DNA from: an uncultured Rhodobacteraceae bacterium
GTDB taxonomy: Bacteria; Pseudomonadota; Alphaproteobacteria; Rhodobacterales; Rhodobacteraceae
Reading direction: 5' to 3'
Length of the DNA: 64,000 nt
Assembly (NCBI GenBank): GCA_965657215.1
Contig: CBFHNR010000001.1
Coordinates: forward strand, 35,146 to 99,145
Part shown: piece after piece, positions 55,695 through 64,000 of the stretch
How positions within the stretch are numbered: the first letter of the stretch is position 1
Layout: every line of letters begins with the position of its first letter
Program-made: the position numbers and the translations under genes
The notes under the pieces: model-generated
The model's database searches: none
What the model saw: the letters and a program-made list of their open reading frames with translations, nothing else
Told to the model about the DNA's origin: nothing

Positions 55695-57302
55695 TTAAGT
55701 TAGCATTTCTTTCGTTGAGGTGAGCTTTACATCCGGATAGTCACGTTCAATTCGATCGATATCCCATTGTAAACGCGTCAAATAAACGATGTCACCATCA
55801 TGGTCTTCTGCGATATGTTGCTTGTTTATGTTGCAAAATTTATCAACCGCCGTCTTGTCGCCGTTGACCCAACGCGCAGAGGTGAACTGTGAGGGTTCAA
55901 AGCGCACAGGGAGCCCATATTCCATCTCAATACGGCTCGCGAGTACTTCAAATTGAAGGGCACCAACGACCCCAACAATGAAACCTGACCCAAAGGTTGG
56001 CTTGAACACTTTGGCGGCCCCTTCTTCGGCAAATTGCATCAAAGCTTTTTCAAGGTGCTTGGCCTTCATCGGATCGCCCGCGCGACATGTTTGAAGCAAT
56101 TCCGGCGCAAAAGACGGGATCCCCGTAGCGCGCAGCATTTCACCCTCGGTCAGCGTATCCCCAATCCGCAATTGGCCATGGTTTGGGATACCGATGATAT
56201 CACCGGCCCAAGCCTCTTCTGCCAATTCACGATCTGAAGCGAGGAACATCACAGGGTTTGACACAGCCATCGGCTTTTTGGTTCTCACGTGGGTTAGTTT
56301 CATCCCACGTTTGAAATGACCTGAGGCCATGCGAACAAATGCGACACGGTCGCGGTGTTTGGGGTCCATATTGGCCTGAACTTTAAACACAAACCCAGCG
56401 ACCTTTTTTTCCTCTGGACAGATTTCGCGCGGCGAGGCCAATTGCGGCTGCGGCTCAGGGCCGTAAGTGGCAATCCCATCCATCAATTCTTTGACGCCAA
56501 AGGAGTTGATCGCAGAGCCAAACCAAATCGGCGTCATGTGACCCTCAAGAACCGCTTGTGGGTCAAGCTTGGGCAAGAGTTCGCGCGCCATTTCGACCTC
56601 TTCGATGAGCTTGTCCAATAAATGCGCTGGCACCATTTCAGCAAGCTTGGGATCATCCATTCCGTTGATTTCAACGCTTTCGGCGACGCGGTTGCGATCT
56701 GCGCGGTCCATCAACTCAAGTCGGTCGCGCAAGATATCATAGCATCCCATGAATTCGCTACCGACCCCGATAGGCCAGCTCGCAGGGGTCACGTCAATCG
56801 CAAGGTTTTCTTGGATTTCATCAATGATTTCAAATGTGTCGCGGCTTTCGCGGTCCATCTTGTTACAAAAGGTCAGGATCGGCAAATCGCGTAGGCGACA
56901 GACTTCGAATAATTTTTGCGTCTGGCTTTCAACACCCTTGGCGCCATCGATCACCATAACGGCAGCATCTACGGCGGTCAGCGTGCGGTAGGTATCTTCG
57001 GAAAAATCCGAGTGACCGGGCGTGTCGACGAGGTTGAAGCGGAACTGTTGGAAATCAAATGACATTGCAGAGGCGGATACAGAAATGCCGCGATCTTTTT
57101 CCATTTGCATGAAATCCGACCGTGTACGGCGTGCTTCGCCTTTGGCGCGCACCTGTCCTGCCATTTGAATGGCACCGCCAAACAAAAGGAATTTTTCCGT
57201 CAGTGTCGTTTTTCCCGCATCAGGGTGAGAAATAATCGCAAATGTGCGACGACGTGCAATTTCTGGCGGCAATGCGGGGCGGTTTGTATCAATATCCAAC
57301 AT
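55695..57302 (-). CDS. prfC: peptide chain release factor 3
   Basis: 535-aa translational GTPase with AIISHPDAGKTTLTEK, DTPGHSDF and NKMD motifs. Confidence 0.96.
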   Translation of the reverse strand: MLDIDTNRPALPPEIARRRTFAIISHPDAGKTTLTEKFLLFGGAIQMAGQVRAKGEARRTRSDFMQMEKDRGISVSASAMSFDFQQFRFNLVDTPGHSDFSEDTYRTLTAVDAAVMVIDGAKGVESQTQKLFEVCRLRDLPILTFCNKMDRESRDTFEIIDEIQENLAIDVTPASWPIGVGSEFMGCYDILRDRLELMDRADRNRVAESVEINGMDDPKLAEMVPAHLLDKLIEEVEMARELLPKLDPQAVLEGHMTPIWFGSAINSFGVKELMDGIATYGPEPQPQLASPREICPEEKKVAGFVFKVQANMDPKHRDRVAFVRMASGHFKRGMKLTHVRTKKPMAVSNPVMFLASDRELAEEAWAGDIIGIPNHGQLRIGDTLTEGEMLRATGIPSFAPELLQTCRAGDPMKAKHLEKALMQFAEEGAAKVFKPTFGSGFIVGVVGALQFEVLASRIEMEYGLPVRFEPSQFTSARWVNGDKTAVDKFCNINKQHIAEDHDGDIVYLTRLQWDIDRIERDYPDVKLTSTKEMLT

Positions 57303-57421
57303 AGCTTCGCCGTATATGCGCGGTTATGTGAATTGGCAAGAAAAACACTTGGCGTGGTTCTAAAATTTGCGGGTCAAACTCCGTTCTTCTACATGTAGGA
57401 AATTTCAACTCAGAGACGGGC

Positions 57422-57874
57422 ATGTCAAACGATATTTATCAAATAATTTATCTTTCTAAGACGGAGGAAGACCTCAGTGATGAGGTCCTAGAAACAATTC
57501 TGACACAGGCTCAGAAAAACAATTCAGCTCAAGGTTTGACTGGTATTTTGCTTTATGAAAATAAGGAATTCCTTCAGGTTCTCGAAGGCGGATATGATGC
57601 GGTCAAAGCTGCACTTTCGCGTATTTCAAACGACCCACGTCACAACGACATGGTTCTGCTATATGATGGGCGCGTGAACAAACGCGCGTTTGCGAAATGG
57701 AAAATGGGTTTTGCCCGCCTTGAAACGGCGCAACGGGCAAAATTAGAGCAGCTCAATGGCTTTTTTGACAATGAGGATGATTTATCCAACCTGCAATCAG
57801 GATTGCTGAGGGTGTTTGTAACCGGATTTCTCTTAGGACGTATGACAGGGGCCGCACATGGTTCGGCGGCTTAA
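57422..57874 (+). CDS. short BLUF-domain blue-light photoreceptor
   Basis: 150 aa. By my alignment to AppA from memory, IYQIIYLS supplies the Tyr, FLQVLEG the Gln, and FAKWKMGF the Trp/Met. The ~50-aa C-terminal helical tail has no output domain. Confidence 0.85.
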   Translation: MSNDIYQIIYLSKTEEDLSDEVLETILTQAQKNNSAQGLTGILLYENKEFLQVLEGGYDAVKAALSRISNDPRHNDMVLLYDGRVNKRAFAKWKMGFARLETAQRAKLEQLNGFFDNEDDLSNLQSGLLRVFVTGFLLGRMTGAAHGSAA

Positions 57875-58845
57875 CTCGTCGAGGCAAGCCTAAGAATGGA
57901 AACAGGTGTGTGGCCTTTGAAATGATGATCTTCGATTTCTAAATCATTGCCATAACGTGTTCGATGAGACGACATTTTTTGCGTTGCTTGATCAGGAAGC
58001 GCAGAGCGCGTGCGATGATCAAACAACAGGCTTTCGGCGGCAATTCCTTCGGCATAGATGATGTGATGATCGTCAAACAGTAGCTGGTAGTAATCAACAA
58101 ATCCTGAATCAAGCCGTGTGACGTCCTTACCATCCACAAGCTGGGAGGCACGCACCAATGTTTCAGCGCGCCCTGTTCCAAGTTGATCACTGCGTTGGTA
58201 GATGAACAAGCGATGCTCAGGGCTGACGATAAGATCGTTTTCGTTGTGCAAGGCTTTGGCTTTGATCACAACGGGGGCAAATTCGCCAGTGGCCCGAACA
58301 GTGGAATGCCCGACCCATTTGATTTCCTGCACGCCAGCGTCGCGGGTGATGACGCTATCTCCGGCTTTCAGGTCTTCGATTGGGATCATCTCGCCAGTCG
58401 CCAGCGTTATGCGCGTGCCTTTAACGAAGGACACACAGGCGATTTGTGCAAATTTTTCCTCCGCGGTGTCGCGACACACATTGATCAACGTGTATTCAAT
58501 TTTAGGATCAATCGGGCAGAGGGGCAAAAGATATGTGCGTTCAATCATGTCTGACTCGTCGACTTCGACGGCGACAATGGCGTCGATCACTTTGCCAGAG
58601 GTGCTCATTAAGGTGATGACGCAATCCAGAAAAAGACGGTTCATGAACGCGCCCACATCTCCGTTTTTGCCGATGCGCAACCCATTATCATCCAACAAAA
58701 GGGACAAGCGTTGGCGGGGTGCTGCGGAGTGCAGAGCATAACAATCATCTAAACAAAGGTCTTCAGAGGTTGAAATAGGATCGCCTAAATTTGCACCATT
58801 TTCCACGCGAAAAGACTCTGCGGAATAAACTGGAACGGTTTGCAT
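57871..58845 (-). CDS. Hint (Hedgehog/intein-like) domain-containing protein
   Basis: Start at MQTVPVYSAE after GGAG. Hint block ...CVSFVKGTRITLATGEMIPIEDLKAGDSVITRDAG...HHIIYAEGIAAESL (aa ~137-273). The N-terminal ~136 aa is unassigned. Confidence 0.8.
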   Translation of the reverse strand: MQTVPVYSAESFRVENGANLGDPISTSEDLCLDDCYALHSAAPRQRLSLLLDDNGLRIGKNGDVGAFMNRLFLDCVITLMSTSGKVIDAIVAVEVDESDMIERTYLLPLCPIDPKIEYTLINVCRDTAEEKFAQIACVSFVKGTRITLATGEMIPIEDLKAGDSVITRDAGVQEIKWVGHSTVRATGEFAPVVIKAKALHNENDLIVSPEHRLFIYQRSDQLGTGRAETLVRASQLVDGKDVTRLDSGFVDYYQLLFDDHHIIYAEGIAAESLLFDHRTRSALPDQATQKMSSHRTRYGNDLEIEDHHFKGHTPVSILRLASTS

Positions 58846-59071
58846 TTTTCTCCGTTTCTTTGGTTTTGAAATCGCCGACATCTGAAATGTTGATCCTAAT
58901 AAGCCTACATCTAACACAAACGTCACCATTCTCTTATAGTTTACTGCTCTTCTGACGATTATGTGATTATGAATGTGTCAAAAACGGGCCAAGTCACGGT
59001 TCATTTCGGGGCAATTGCGATTGCAATTCGCCACGCTTTCGCCATAGTCCGTGAAAACCTAGGAGGACGTT

Positions 59072-59851
59072 ATGGATTTAGGAATAAAAGGAAAACGCGC
59101 GCTTGTTTGTGCATCAAGCAAAGGATTGGGAAAAGGCTGCGCTGAGAATTTGGCGGCTGCCGGCGTGGATCTTGTCATGTGTGCCCGTGGGTCTGAGGCG
59201 CTCGAGGCGACGGCTGAGGATATCCGCAGCCGTTTCGGTGTTGAAGTCGTCACAATCGCGACGGACATCACCACAGAGCAAGGGCAACAGGACGTGTTAC
59301 AAGCGGCAGGTGATATTGACATTTTGGTCACCAACGCAGGCGGTCCGCCTCCTGGTATGTGGTCTGATTGGACACGTGACGATTTTATAAAAGCGTTAGA
59401 TGCCAATATGATAACGCCAATTTCCTTGATCAAAGCAGTCTTGCCATCGATGATGGACAAGGGCTGGGGTCGTATTGTGAATATCACATCACAATCTGTC
59501 AAAGCACCGATCGCGGTTCTCGGCTTGTCAAACTCGGCGCGCGCAGGCTTGACGGGGTATGTCGCTGGCACAGCACGCCAAGTGGCGGGGCATGGTGTCA
59601 CAATCAACAACCTCATGCCTGGTATTCACGCTACAGATCGTGCAGTGGCTTTGGATACAGGCGTTGCGAACCAGCAAGGCATTTCCATTGAGGAAGCAGC
59701 CGTGCAACGCGCCAAAACTATTCCAGCAGGGCGTTACGGAACGGCCCAAGAATTTGGGGCGACCTGTGCGTTTTTGTGTTCTCAGCATGCAGGCTTTATC
59801 ATCGGTCAAAATATCTTGTTGGATGGTGGGGCAGTGAACGCAACTCTTTAA
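59072..59851 (+). CDS. SDR family oxidoreductase (FabG-like)
   Basis: 259 aa with the N-terminal glycine-rich motif SSKGLGKG and the NAGG motif. AGGAGG RBS. Confidence 0.8.
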   Translation: MDLGIKGKRALVCASSKGLGKGCAENLAAAGVDLVMCARGSEALEATAEDIRSRFGVEVVTIATDITTEQGQQDVLQAAGDIDILVTNAGGPPPGMWSDWTRDDFIKALDANMITPISLIKAVLPSMMDKGWGRIVNITSQSVKAPIAVLGLSNSARAGLTGYVAGTARQVAGHGVTINNLMPGIHATDRAVALDTGVANQQGISIEEAAVQRAKTIPAGRYGTAQEFGATCAFLCSQHAGFIIGQNILLDGGAVNATL

Positions 59852-59938
59852 CCTCACAAATGCGTTAAATCCTAAAATAAGCATCGCGATCCCAAGGAGA
59901 GGTTGTTAGAGGTTGCCCGAAACAGCGGGGAAAACTCT

Positions 59939-61309
59939 ATGATACTTGGGATCGTTTTGGTTGGGCTTGTGGCGACGCTTGCCTATAGCCTCTATTTATC
60001 GGCGCAACCTGTCACAGTGGCAGGGTTCTATGAGGGGAAATCCGATACGGGACGTGCGCCGACATTAACCACATTGGTTCTGAGCCAAGTTACAACATGG
60101 ATCTTTGCGCGCTCGCTGCTGAATGCGGCAATCCTTGGCTATTACTACGGTATTGCAGGGGCTTTGGCCTATACAGCTTATTATGTGTCATTCCTCACGG
60201 GTGGGTTTGTGGTCAACCGCCTGCGCAAGGATCAAAGCACATCTGTCCAAGACTGGCTCCGCCGACACTTTGGGCGCATGGGAACCCTTACTTATAACGG
60301 GGTGATTGCGCTTCGCCTCTTGTCGGAAGTCTTTGCAAACCTCTTGGTTATTGCGTTGATCTTTGCGGTCTTGATGCCTGATGTGACCTATATTCGAGAA
60401 ATTTCCGTAGTTGTTTTGTCGATTATCGTCTTTGTCTATTCCGCATGGGGCGGATTGCGCGCGGCCCTGAAAACGGATGTGGTGCAAATGATCGTCTTTT
60501 TGATCGTGTTTGCAATAGCCCTTGCCTTTCTCGTGACGTCGCCAGAGTTTTCAATCACCGCAATCATGACCTCTGACGGGGTCGCAGGGGGCTATAATGG
60601 CTGGGTGCTTTTGGCTGTCGCCGCGCTTCAGGTGTTTTCCTATCCGCTGCATGATCCTGTGATGATGGATCGCGGGTTTTTGGCGAATGACGAGGTGACG
60701 AAGAAATCCTTTCTCCATGCGTTTTGGGTGTCCTCCCTATGCATCATGGGGTTCGCTGTGTTTGGGATACAAGCCGCCGAAATCGGGGCTGAGATCCAAA
60801 GCGACTTGCTCGGCACTTGGGCTGAGATGTTTCCTGACGTGATCTTTGCCTGTCTCTTGTTGTCCTTGTTGATTTCTGGGCTGTCTACGCTTGATTCTGC
60901 CTTGTCCTCTGTGGCCCGCCTTATGAGCGAGGAATTCGCGCTCTTGCCCCGCACAGTGACAGGAGGACGCGTCGCGATGGTGATGTTCCTGTTGATCGGA
61001 GGGGGGCTAACCCTTTGGGGCAATGGCACTTTGTTTGATGCAGTGGCAATTAGTGGAACTGCGTCTATGTTCCTCACACCCGTGGTCATAACGGTGCTGA
61101 TCTTGCGCCGTGACATGGCGGGATGGGCGTATTTGCTGTGTTATGCCTCGGCTCTCTTTGGAGCGGTTCTGTATTTTGCGCGTGGCTCCGCATGGGCGCA
61201 AACGCTTTTACCAGAGGGACACAAATATGAACAACTCTTGGCGATTTGTATCTTTGTTCTACTGAGTGGGGCGCTGAGTGCTCTTCTTGGTAGTCGGCGG
61301 GTTGCCTAA
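59939..61309 (+). CDS. sodium:solute symporter (SSS) family transporter
   Basis: About 456 aa, roughly 12-13 TM, with the SSS signature-like block YSAWGGLRAALKTDVVQ. Start taken at MILGIVLVG. Confidence 0.7.
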   Translation: MILGIVLVGLVATLAYSLYLSAQPVTVAGFYEGKSDTGRAPTLTTLVLSQVTTWIFARSLLNAAILGYYYGIAGALAYTAYYVSFLTGGFVVNRLRKDQSTSVQDWLRRHFGRMGTLTYNGVIALRLLSEVFANLLVIALIFAVLMPDVTYIREISVVVLSIIVFVYSAWGGLRAALKTDVVQMIVFLIVFAIALAFLVTSPEFSITAIMTSDGVAGGYNGWVLLAVAALQVFSYPLHDPVMMDRGFLANDEVTKKSFLHAFWVSSLCIMGFAVFGIQAAEIGAEIQSDLLGTWAEMFPDVIFACLLLSLLISGLSTLDSALSSVARLMSEEFALLPRTVTGGRVAMVMFLLIGGGLTLWGNGTLFDAVAISGTASMFLTPVVITVLILRRDMAGWAYLLCYASALFGAVLYFARGSAWAQTLLPEGHKYEQLLAICIFVLLSGALSALLGSRRVA

Positions 61310-61384
61310 GGCATTTTGTGCTGATAGTCATGCGCTAAACCCGATAACTTTTATCGGACATTCCCTTGGACAAGGATACTGCCC

Positions 61385-62470
61385 GTGACCCAATTGTCGC
61401 GACCGCGCCTCGAAGTCAAAAACCTAATGCGCCACTTTGATGGCAAAGCTGTGGTGAATGACGTGTCATTCTCAATCAAGCCAGGTCAAGTGACCTGTTT
61501 GCTTGGTCCCTCAGGCTGCGGAAAATCAACGACATTGCGTATGATTGCGGGTGTTGATCGCCAAGATGGCGGCGAAATCTGGGCGGATGGCGCGCTTGTC
61601 TGTGACACTGTGGTGAGTGTTCCTGCGGAAAAACGCTCTATCGGTTTGATGTTCCAAGACTTTGCTTTGTTTCCGCATTTGAATGTAGCGGATAATATCG
61701 CCTTTGGTCTCACTGGAAGCAAAGCTCAAAAGCGGGATCGCGTTTTGGATCTATTGTCCAAAGTTGGTCTTGCTGGCAAGATTGAAGACTATCCGCATTC
61801 CTTGTCAGGTGGCGAACAACAGAGGGTGGCCTTAGCGCGTGCCTTAGCCCCGAGACCCCGCATTATGTTGATGGATGAACCCTTTTCAGGATTGGATAAC
61901 CGTTTGCGCGACGGTATCCGCGATGAAACCTTGGCCATTTTGAAATCCGAAGACGCCGCCGTTTTACTCGTGACCCATGAACCCGAAGAAGCCATGAGGA
62001 TGGCTGATGAGATTGCCCTTATGCGGGACGGGAAGATCGTTCAAATGGGCGCGCCTTATAACATTTATAACGCCCCGATTGATCGAGCTGCGGTTGCATT
62101 CTTTTCTGATGTGAACGTGATTACCGCCACTGTGCGTGGGGCTTTGGCGCAAACCGTGTTCGGTCAGTTCTTTGCCCCAGGGTTTAGTGATGGCACCAAG
62201 GTCGACATCGTTTTTCGTCCGCAACATCTGCGCATCGATTTTGATCGGGCAGGGCGCGGGCCAAGTCCAACAGAATCCCAAGGTGTTGCCGCCAAAGCCA
62301 GTGTTGAACGGGCCAGGTTTATGGGCAGTGAAAGCTTGATTGAATTCAAAATGGACCACGATGGGTCCATTCTAAGGGCGACGGTCCCAAATGTATTCTT
62401 GCCAAAACAAGGGCAGGTGTTGTGGCTTACCATTCCGCGCGACAAGTGTTTTGTCTTTGAGGCGACTTAA
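61385..62470 (+). CDS. ABC transporter ATP-binding protein (PotA/FbpC-type importer ATPase)
   Basis: GTG start. Walker A GPSGCGKST, signature LSGGEQQRVALARAL, Walker B LMDEPFS, and a C-terminal TOBE-like regulatory domain. Confidence 0.88.
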   Translation: MTQLSRPRLEVKNLMRHFDGKAVVNDVSFSIKPGQVTCLLGPSGCGKSTTLRMIAGVDRQDGGEIWADGALVCDTVVSVPAEKRSIGLMFQDFALFPHLNVADNIAFGLTGSKAQKRDRVLDLLSKVGLAGKIEDYPHSLSGGEQQRVALARALAPRPRIMLMDEPFSGLDNRLRDGIRDETLAILKSEDAAVLLVTHEPEEAMRMADEIALMRDGKIVQMGAPYNIYNAPIDRAAVAFFSDVNVITATVRGALAQTVFGQFFAPGFSDGTKVDIVFRPQHLRIDFDRAGRGPSPTESQGVAAKASVERARFMGSESLIEFKMDHDGSILRATVPNVFLPKQGQVLWLTIPRDKCFVFEAT

Positions 62471-62898
62471 TCAAGACGTGCGGAAACGATACAGCCAGCA
62501 TCCTTAGGGTCTTTCGATAAGTACTTGATTTCCAATCTGAAAACGTCCCGAACGCTCCATGATAGTGGCAGAGCGACAGGTTGCGCACGATCTGAACGAC
62601 GAATGTGAAGCAGTGTGTTTCCAACCTCATTGTCTTGTCGATGAAACGCTGTAATGCGTAGGTTTGATGTATCTTTTAGGATTTCGTCTGCGGGTAATGT
62701 GGTGAGTTTGATCCAAAGATGGCGGTGAATGTCTTTGGGACCAACCGCGATTATTTTGGAGCGCTCACTGGTGCAAACAGGCATCGAAAACGCGTCCATG
62801 CGCGAATCTCGCATTGGATCATCTAATTTCGAATAATTAGTGGCTTGTAGGCTGGTAAGCCAAAAAATACCAAGAAATGTTAAAATGATCGTACGCAA
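62467..62898 (-). CDS. hypothetical secreted protein
   Basis: 143 aa with signal peptide MRTIILTFLGIFWLTSLQA. I recognise no family. The region looks AT-richer than its neighbours by eye. Confidence 0.5.
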   Translation of the reverse strand: MRTIILTFLGIFWLTSLQATNYSKLDDPMRDSRMDAFSMPVCTSERSKIIAVGPKDIHRHLWIKLTTLPADEILKDTSNLRITAFHRQDNEVGNTLLHIRRSDRAQPVALPLSWSVRDVFRLEIKYLSKDPKDAGCIVSARLD

Positions 62899-63358
62899 TG
62901 GAATTGCCTCGTAGCTTGTTAAAGTTTACACCCACTGTAAATCAAAATTAACATTGATTTCTGAGAGTACCAATAGCCCAACAGGGTGGGGAAAACCCTA
63001 CGTCCCCCTTAAATATCCCCCATTGGTGCGTGGATTGGCATTTAAAGCATTGATCATAAACGAAATTCATTCTCCGTAGGGGAAAGGTTTTGTCAAATTG
63101 CAAATTGGGTTTGCAATGTTTTGACCTAACGTAAGCGAGTATTGGTCCGTTCGCTTAATCCTTTGCGTATAACGGGCATTTTGCTCATATATGTTTTGCC
63201 TTTCATATAGTGCGCTTTTTTCGGCCAATTTTCCTAAAAAATCAAAAAAAGGCGTCTTTTCGTGCATTTGCGGCTTTAACAGGACGCATGAAATCAATAC
63301 ATAAGTAGACAGACATGAGATACAGGGCTGTAGACGCCCATCTGACAGGAGAAAACCC

Positions 63359-63574
63359 ATGCTTAATAATATTGGCCTACCAGGTCTTTTGCTTATCGCC
63401 GTTGTCGTTTTGGTTCTTTTTGGCCGCGGCAAAATCAGCTCGCTCATGGGCGAAGTTGGTAAAGGGATCACTGCCTTCAAAAAAGGTGTGAACGATGGGT
63501 CCAAAGAATTGGAAGAGCAAGCCGCAGAAACTGCGAAAGATGTGACGCCAGAGAACGACAAAGAACAGGCGTAA
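63359..63574 (+). CDS. tatA: twin-arginine translocase subunit TatA
   Basis: 71 aa, [44 protein letters not shown]. Confidence 0.93.
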   Translation: MLNNIGLPGLLLIAVVVLVLFGRGKISSLMGEVGKGITAFKKGVNDGSKELEEQAAETAKDVTPENDKEQA

Positions 63575-63577
63575 ATC

Positions 63578-64000
63578 ATGTTTGATTTGGGTTGGACTGA
63601 GCTGCTCCTGATTGGGATTGTGGCGCTTATCGTTGTGGGACCGAAGGATCTTCCTATGTTGTTCCGCCGTGTGGGGGAATTTGTCGGCAAGGCCAAAGGC
63701 ATGGCCCGCGAATTTTCAAGCGCGATGAACCAAGCTGCGGATGATGCGGGCGTCAAAGATATGTCTGACACACTCCGTGCGGCGACCAACCCAGTTGAAA
63801 CAGGCCTGAACAGCGTCAAATCAGCCGCCAAAAGTTTCGCGGAGTTCGATCCCGATAGCGAAGTTGGCAAGCTCGCCGCAGAACGTGCTGAAGCGGCAAA
63901 GAAAATTCATGATGCCACGGCAAAGCGTGCGGCTGAAAAAGCGGCTCAAGCCAAAGCAGCCGCCGCAGACGTGAGTGAGCCTGCACCAGAGGCGCCTAAA
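63578..64000 (+). CDS. tatB: twin-arginine translocase subunit TatB (partial, runs off the window)
   Basis: My own translation from ATG 63578 gives [46 protein letters not shown].... It stays open to the window end and is absent from the ORF track because no stop is reached. Confidence 0.88.
   Translation, partial: MFDLGWTELLLIGIVALIVVGPKDLPMLFRRVGEFVGKAKGMAREFSSAMNQAADDAGVKDMSDTLRAATNPVETGLNSVKSAAKSFAEFDPDSEVGKLAAERAEAAKKIHDATAKRAAEKAAQAKAAAADVSEPAPEAPK

Noticed and set aside
57389-57398. A perfect 10-bp palindrome CTACATGTAG 24 nt upstream of the BLUF gene.
   Set aside because: Roughly 60 perfect 10-bp palindromes are expected by chance in 64 kb, so this is not distinguishable from background.
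59013-59028. An inverted repeat AATTGC-GATT-GCAATT upstream of the SDR gene. It shares a TTGCAAT core with the repeat at 63097-63117, so I considered a common regulon motif.
   Set aside because: The arms are only 6 bp and the shared core only 7 nt, with different spacing and geometry. That is too weak to claim a shared operator without comparative data.
63067-63870. A 267-aa minus-strand ORF spanning the tatA/tatB region.
   Set aside because: It is antisense to clearly recognisable tatA and tatB, and its Ser/Ala/Pro-rich translation is low-complexity. It also runs into non-coding DNA with no start context.

Overview
The window looks like compact core chromosome from an alphaproteobacterium, most likely Rhodobacterales or the roseobacter group. 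That assignment is inferred from gene content and order: a nuoA-N operon interrupted by extra ORFs and followed by birA-coaX-rnj, a Hint-domain protein, and a short BLUF protein. About 62 protein genes are called, almost all housekeeping. They include glcB, kynU, pntAB, moaA, glmU-glmS, a leucine-catabolism block (ivd, acyl-CoA synthetase, mccB, mccA), the 14 nuo genes, birA, coaX, RNase J, a DEAD-box helicase, prfC, and tatA plus a partial tatB. I found no rRNA, tRNA, CRISPR array, integrase, transposase or recognisable defence, toxin or phage module, so I cannot support a mobile or defence island here. The parts I cannot explain are these. (1) Six non-nuo ORFs sit inside the nuo operon, five of them with start/stop overlaps to a neighbour, and one carries a second copy of the helix-hairpin-helix-like tail found on NuoE. 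(2) An exported triad is translationally coupled: an MBL-fold protein with a degenerate metal motif, a rhodanese, and an ICMT-like membrane methyltransferase. (3) A short BLUF photoreceptor converges on, and overlaps, a Hint-domain autoprocessing-type protein. (4) Several orphan genes stand alone: a serine-hydrolase-like protein, a DUF3422-like protein, a secreted 143-aa protein and a lone ABC ATPase. (5) Packing is extreme, with eight of nine convergent gene pairs overlapping or abutting at their stop codons. All product calls rest on motif and family recognition by eye, and no database search was run.
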